Source of the DNA: Escherichia phage vB_EcoM-G157lw
Length of the DNA stretch: 64,000 nucleotides
Sequence record: OK331996.1
Reading direction: 5' to 3' (one strand)
The notes under the pieces are model-generated. The model was not told the origin of the DNA, searched no databases, and worked only from the letters and a program-made list of their open reading frames with translations. A program made the position numbers and the translations under genes. Below are positions 60,558 through 64,000 of this stretch, in pieces; position 1 is the first letter of the stretch, and each line of letters begins with the position of its first letter.

Positions 60558-60938
60558 ATGAAAATCGCTATTTTGGTTATTGCATTAGGTCTTACTGGTT
60601 GTGTAGCTCAAGGACCGGTAGTAAATCAGTCTGATGTAGGAAAAATTGTAAATTGTTCAAGTAAATTTTATAATCCTAATGTCAAGTGTTATAAAGAAGC
60701 TCCAAAGCAAACAGTAGAACAAATGCAGGCGAATTTTGACGAAGCTATTCGTCCAGATGAATCTGCTCAAGCATATCGTAATTCGGATGTAATTACACGC
60801 GAAGAAAAAATTGAAAACTACTGCGCCGAGCTTTGGGCTAATTGGGCTAATAATTACCAATGGCGTACCGGTAAAAATGCTCCGATGGAGTATGTAGTGA
60901 ATTCTTATAATTCATGCGTAAAAAATTTAACTAAGTGA
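60558..60938 (+). CDS. lipoprotein
   Basis: 126 aa; signal peptide with lipobox LTGC; Cys-rich mature part. Confidence 0.65.
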   Translation: MKIAILVIALGLTGCVAQGPVVNQSDVGKIVNCSSKFYNPNVKCYKEAPKQTVEQMQANFDEAIRPDESAQAYRNSDVITREEKIENYCAELWANWANNYQWRTGKNAPMEYVVNSYNSCVKNLTK

Positions 60939-60945
60939 GGAAAAC

Positions 60946-61197
60946 ATGGAAACTTTAGTAGCAGGTTCAATTTTTATGGTTTTAGTTTCAGGTGTGTTGG
61001 CTATTATTATATACATGCTTCCATGGTTCATCGCCTTGATGCGTGGGTCAAAATCGACAGTAGGAATCTTTTTCACGTCTTTACTGTTTAACTGGTCAAT
61101 TATTGGTTGGTTTATTACATTTATTTGGTCAATTGCGGGTGAAACTAAAAAGTCTGCACAGCCAAATCAGGTAATTATCATCAGAGAGAAGGAATGA
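60946..61197 (+). CDS. imm: superinfection immunity membrane protein Imm
   Basis: 83 aa, two TM helices, position between 43 and 42. Confidence 0.7.
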   Translation: METLVAGSIFMVLVSGVLAIIIYMLPWFIALMRGSKSTVGIFFTSLLFNWSIIGWFITFIWSIAGETKKSAQPNQVIIIREKE

Positions 61198-61343
61198 AAA
61201 GCAAAATTATAGCAGTGTTGCTTTTAATCTTGATGATTATAATAAGTATATACTATAGTGTAACGGTTCCTCTTATGATTCCAACTATTATTTTAGGTTG
61301 GAGCTTATTACTGTTACAAGTTAAATATGAATGTATCAATTGA
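61194..61343 (+). CDS. small membrane peptide
   Basis: 49 aa, ATGA-coupled to imm; not in ORF track. Confidence 0.45.
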   Translation: MKSKIIAVLLLILMIIISIYYSVTVPLMIPTIILGWSLLLLQVKYECIN

Positions 61344-61350
61344 GGTTTAA

Positions 61351-62091
61351 ATGATTAGTGACTCTATGACAGTTGAAGAAATCCGTCTTCATTTGGGGCT
61401 TGCATTAAAAGAAAAAGATTTCGTAGTTGATAAAACTGGTGTTAAAACTATTGAAATTATTGGCGCATCATTTGTAGCAGATGAACCGTTTATTTTTGGC
61501 GCTCTTAATGATGAATACATTCAGCGTGAACTTGAATGGTATAAATCTAAGAGCTTGTTCGTTAAAGATATTCCAGGTGAAACACCGAAGATTTGGCAAC
61601 AAGTAGCATCTTCTAAAGGCGAAATTAACTCGAATTATGGTTGGGCTATTTGGTCAGAAGATAACTATGCCCAGTATGATATGTGTTTAGCTGAACTTGG
61701 TCAAAATCCTGATTCTCGACGTGGTATCATGATTTATACTCGTCCATCCATGCAATTTGACTATAATAAAGATGGTATGTCAGATTTCATGTGTACTAAT
61801 ACAGTACAGTACCTGATTCGTGATAAGAAAGTAAATGCAGTAGTAAGCATGCGCTCAAATGACGTGGTCTTCGGATTCCGTAATGATTATGCATGGCAAA
61901 AATACGTATTAGATAAATTAGTATCTGATTTGAATGCCGGCGATTCAACTCGTCAGTATAAAGCAGGTTCTATTATATGGAATGTCGGAAGTCTTCATGT
62001 ATATTCTCGTCATTTTTACTTGGTTGATCATTGGTGGAATACTGGCGAAACTCATATTGTGAAAAAAGACTATAAAGGTGTGTGGAAATGA
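61351..62091 (+). CDS. 42: dCMP hydroxymethylase gp42
   Basis: 246 aa, thymidylate-synthase-like fold, synteny. Confidence 0.85.
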   Translation: MISDSMTVEEIRLHLGLALKEKDFVVDKTGVKTIEIIGASFVADEPFIFGALNDEYIQRELEWYKSKSLFVKDIPGETPKIWQQVASSKGEINSNYGWAIWSEDNYAQYDMCLAELGQNPDSRRGIMIYTRPSMQFDYNKDGMSDFMCTNTVQYLIRDKKVNAVVSMRSNDVVFGFRNDYAWQKYVLDKLVSDLNAGDSTRQYKAGSIIWNVGSLHVYSRHFYLVDHWWNTGETHIVKKDYKGVWK

Positions 62092-62930
62092 TTCAATTCG
62101 TAATTCCAAGTTATCAGCGTGTCGGGGCAGTTTCTGCCCTTGATATGTTTCCGACTGATTATGAACCGCATATTGTAGTGCGTGAACATGAAGAAAAAGC
62201 TTATTATGATGCCTATGGGTCTAGAGCTAAAATTATAACTATTCCTGATGATGTAAACGGAATTGCCGGTACTCGTAAAGCAATTACTGATATGTATGCA
62301 GGTCAACGAATCTGGATGATTGACGATGATACTACTATTCGTATGAGTTCAATGCGAAAAAGAGATGACCGTCGTTGTGTAGATAAAGTCAATCAATTAA
62401 CCCGTGAACAGTTCTATGAATTGATTCAATACGTCGAAGATGCCATGGATTGCGGGTATTATCACGGTCATGCTCGTCTACCTATTTTTAAAATTACTTC
62501 ATCTTGGGGTAATTATCGTGAAAATTCATATGGATTCACGAATACATGGTATGACCTTGGAAAACTTACGACAGAACAAATTGGGTATGGAAAAATTGAT
62601 TTGTGCGAAGATATGTATGCATTTCTCAATTTAATTAATCAAGGTTATCCGCATTTGGCCTTGTTCAAATATCTGGTTGTATCTGGAAAAGCACAAGCTC
62701 CTGGCGGGTGTAGTTCAATTCGTAGTAATTCTAAACATAATAGAGCGCTTGAGCAAATCAATAGAGAGTTTCCAGAGCAAGCTCGTTGGAAAACTTCTAA
62801 TATTGAAAAACGAAAATCGTTGGGTGAAGAAGACGAGCCATTAAAGGTTCTTCGCATGTGTGTTTCGCGTAAAGAAAAATCAGAAGCATTTCATAAGTTT
62901 AATGCTATTCATCCAATAGCAGTTGATTAA
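62088..62930 (+). CDS. glycosyltransferase with DXD motif at the T4 beta-gt locus (candidate beta-glucosyl-HMC-alpha-glucosyltransferase)
   Basis: ATG 62088 ATGA-coupled to gene 42; 280 aa; IWMIDDDTTI; unlike T4 beta-gt in size and N-terminus. Confidence 0.55.
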   Translation: MIQFVIPSYQRVGAVSALDMFPTDYEPHIVVREHEEKAYYDAYGSRAKIITIPDDVNGIAGTRKAITDMYAGQRIWMIDDDTTIRMSSMRKRDDRRCVDKVNQLTREQFYELIQYVEDAMDCGYYHGHARLPIFKITSSWGNYRENSYGFTNTWYDLGKLTTEQIGYGKIDLCEDMYAFLNLINQGYPHLALFKYLVVSGKAQAPGGCSSIRSNSKHNRALEQINREFPEQARWKTSNIEKRKSLGEEDEPLKVLRMCVSRKEKSEAFHKFNAIHPIAVD

Positions 62931-63007
62931 TGCCTAAATTTATTGTGTTATAATTACTCTATCTTTAACCAGTGAGGAAAATATAATGATGCCTATGGAA
63001 AAAATGA

Positions 63008-64000
63008 ATGTCTATTGCAGATTTAAAATCCCGTTTGATTAAAGCTTCCACTTCTAAAATGACTGCTGAACTGACTACATCTAAATTCTTTAATGAAAAG
63101 GATGTAATTCGTACAAAAATCCCAATGCTTAATATTGCTATTTCTGGTGCGATTGATGGCGGTATGCAGTCTGGTTTAACTATTTTTGCAGGTCCTTCTA
63201 AACACTTTAAATCAAATATGTCTTTGACTATGGTTGCGGCATATTTGAACAAATATCCTGACGCGGTTTGTCTATTCTATGATAGTGAATTTGGTATTAC
63301 TCCAGCTTATTTGCGATCCATGGGAGTTGACCCGGAACGAGTAATTCATACGCCGATTCAGTCAGTTGAACAGCTGAAAATTGATATGGTGAACCAGCTT
63401 GAAGCTATTGAGCGCGGTGAAAAGGTTATTGTATTCATCGACTCAATCGGTAATATGGCTTCTAAGAAAGAAACGGAAGATGCCTTAAATGAAAAATCTG
63501 TGGCAGATATGACTCGTGCTAAATCACTGAAGTCATTATTCCGTATCGTTACTCCTTACTTTAGCATTAAAAATATTCCATGTGTTGCGGTTAACCATAC
63601 AATTGAAACAATTGAAATGTTTAGTAAAACCGTGATGACAGGTGGTACAGGCGTAATGTATTCGGCTGATACAGTATTCATTATCGGTAAGCGTCAGATT
63701 AAAGATGGTTCTGATCTTCAGGGGTATCAATTTGTTCTAAATGTAGAAAAATCTCGTACCGTTAAAGAAAAAAGTAAATTCTTTATTGATGTTAAATTTG
63801 ACGGTGGTATTGATCCTTATTCTGGATTGCTAGATATGGCTCTTGAATTAGGATTTGTAGTAAAACCTAAGAATGGTTGGTATGCTCGTGAATTTCTTGA
63901 TGAAGAAACCGGTGAGATGATTCGCGAAGAAAAATCTTGGCGTGCAAAAGATACCAACTGCACTACATTCTGGGGTCCTTTATTTAAGCATCAACCATTC
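63008..64000 (+). CDS. uvsX: recombinase UvsX (RecA-like), N-terminal 331 codons, truncated by window end
   Basis: MSIADLKSRLIKASTSKMTAEL...; Walker A GPSKHFKS; runs to window end. Confidence 0.85.
   Translation, partial: MSIADLKSRLIKASTSKMTAELTTSKFFNEKDVIRTKIPMLNIAISGAIDGGMQSGLTIFAGPSKHFKSNMSLTMVAAYLNKYPDAVCLFYDSEFGITPAYLRSMGVDPERVIHTPIQSVEQLKIDMVNQLEAIERGEKVIVFIDSIGNMASKKETEDALNEKSVADMTRAKSLKSLFRIVTPYFSIKNIPCVAVNHTIETIEMFSKTVMTGGTGVMYSADTVFIIGKRQIKDGSDLQGYQFVLNVEKSRTVKEKSKFFIDVKFDGGIDPYSGLLDMALELGFVVKPKNGWYAREFLDEETGEMIREEKSWRAKDTNCTTFWGPLFKHQPF

Noticed and set aside
62986-63042. Alternative uvsX start at ATG 62986 (closest to the GAGGAAA RBS)
   Set aside because: That ATG is in a different frame and gives an 18-codon peptide; the UvsX frame starts at ATG 63008 (MSIADLKSRLIKAS...), though its RBS spacing is atypical.

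Overview
This window is a T-even (T4-like) myophage segment, collinear with the phage T4 interval gene 10 to uvsX but in reverse-complement orientation. Gene assignments rest on reading the translations against remembered T4 proteins, sizes and gene order; no database search was run. Layout: late baseplate genes 10(partial)-9-8-7-6-5.4-5-53 on the minus strand (1-10.3 kb); plus-strand 4, 2, 3, 1, 57A, 57B (Acb1-like), ipI; an 11-gene tRNA array; a putative stable-RNA region; nudE and lysozyme e with TATAAATA late promoters; then a long plus-strand early region (regB, tk, rI, nrdC, 49, nrdD, nrdG, 55, alpha-gt, 47, 46, rpbA, 45, 44, 62, regA, 43, imm, 42, a glycosyltransferase, uvsX start). No integrase, CRISPR array, rRNA or group I intron was seen. 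It is not T4 itself: it has 11 tRNAs (I recall 8 in T4), an intronless nrdD, a 280-aa glycosyltransferase where T4 has beta-gt, and a few lysozyme substitutions. I did not find one clear novel system; the best candidates are accessory genes in hypervariable islands bounded by repeated terminator-hairpin plus early-promoter cassettes: a Pol-beta-type nucleotidyltransferase, an AAA+ ATPase beside a frameshifted GIY-YIG endonuclease, a macro-domain protein, four paralogous ~300-aa coiled-coil proteins, tandem small membrane-protein paralogs, and extra capsid-targeted internal proteins. Start codons were corrected where the ORF track extended through TTG/GTG or upstream ATG codons.
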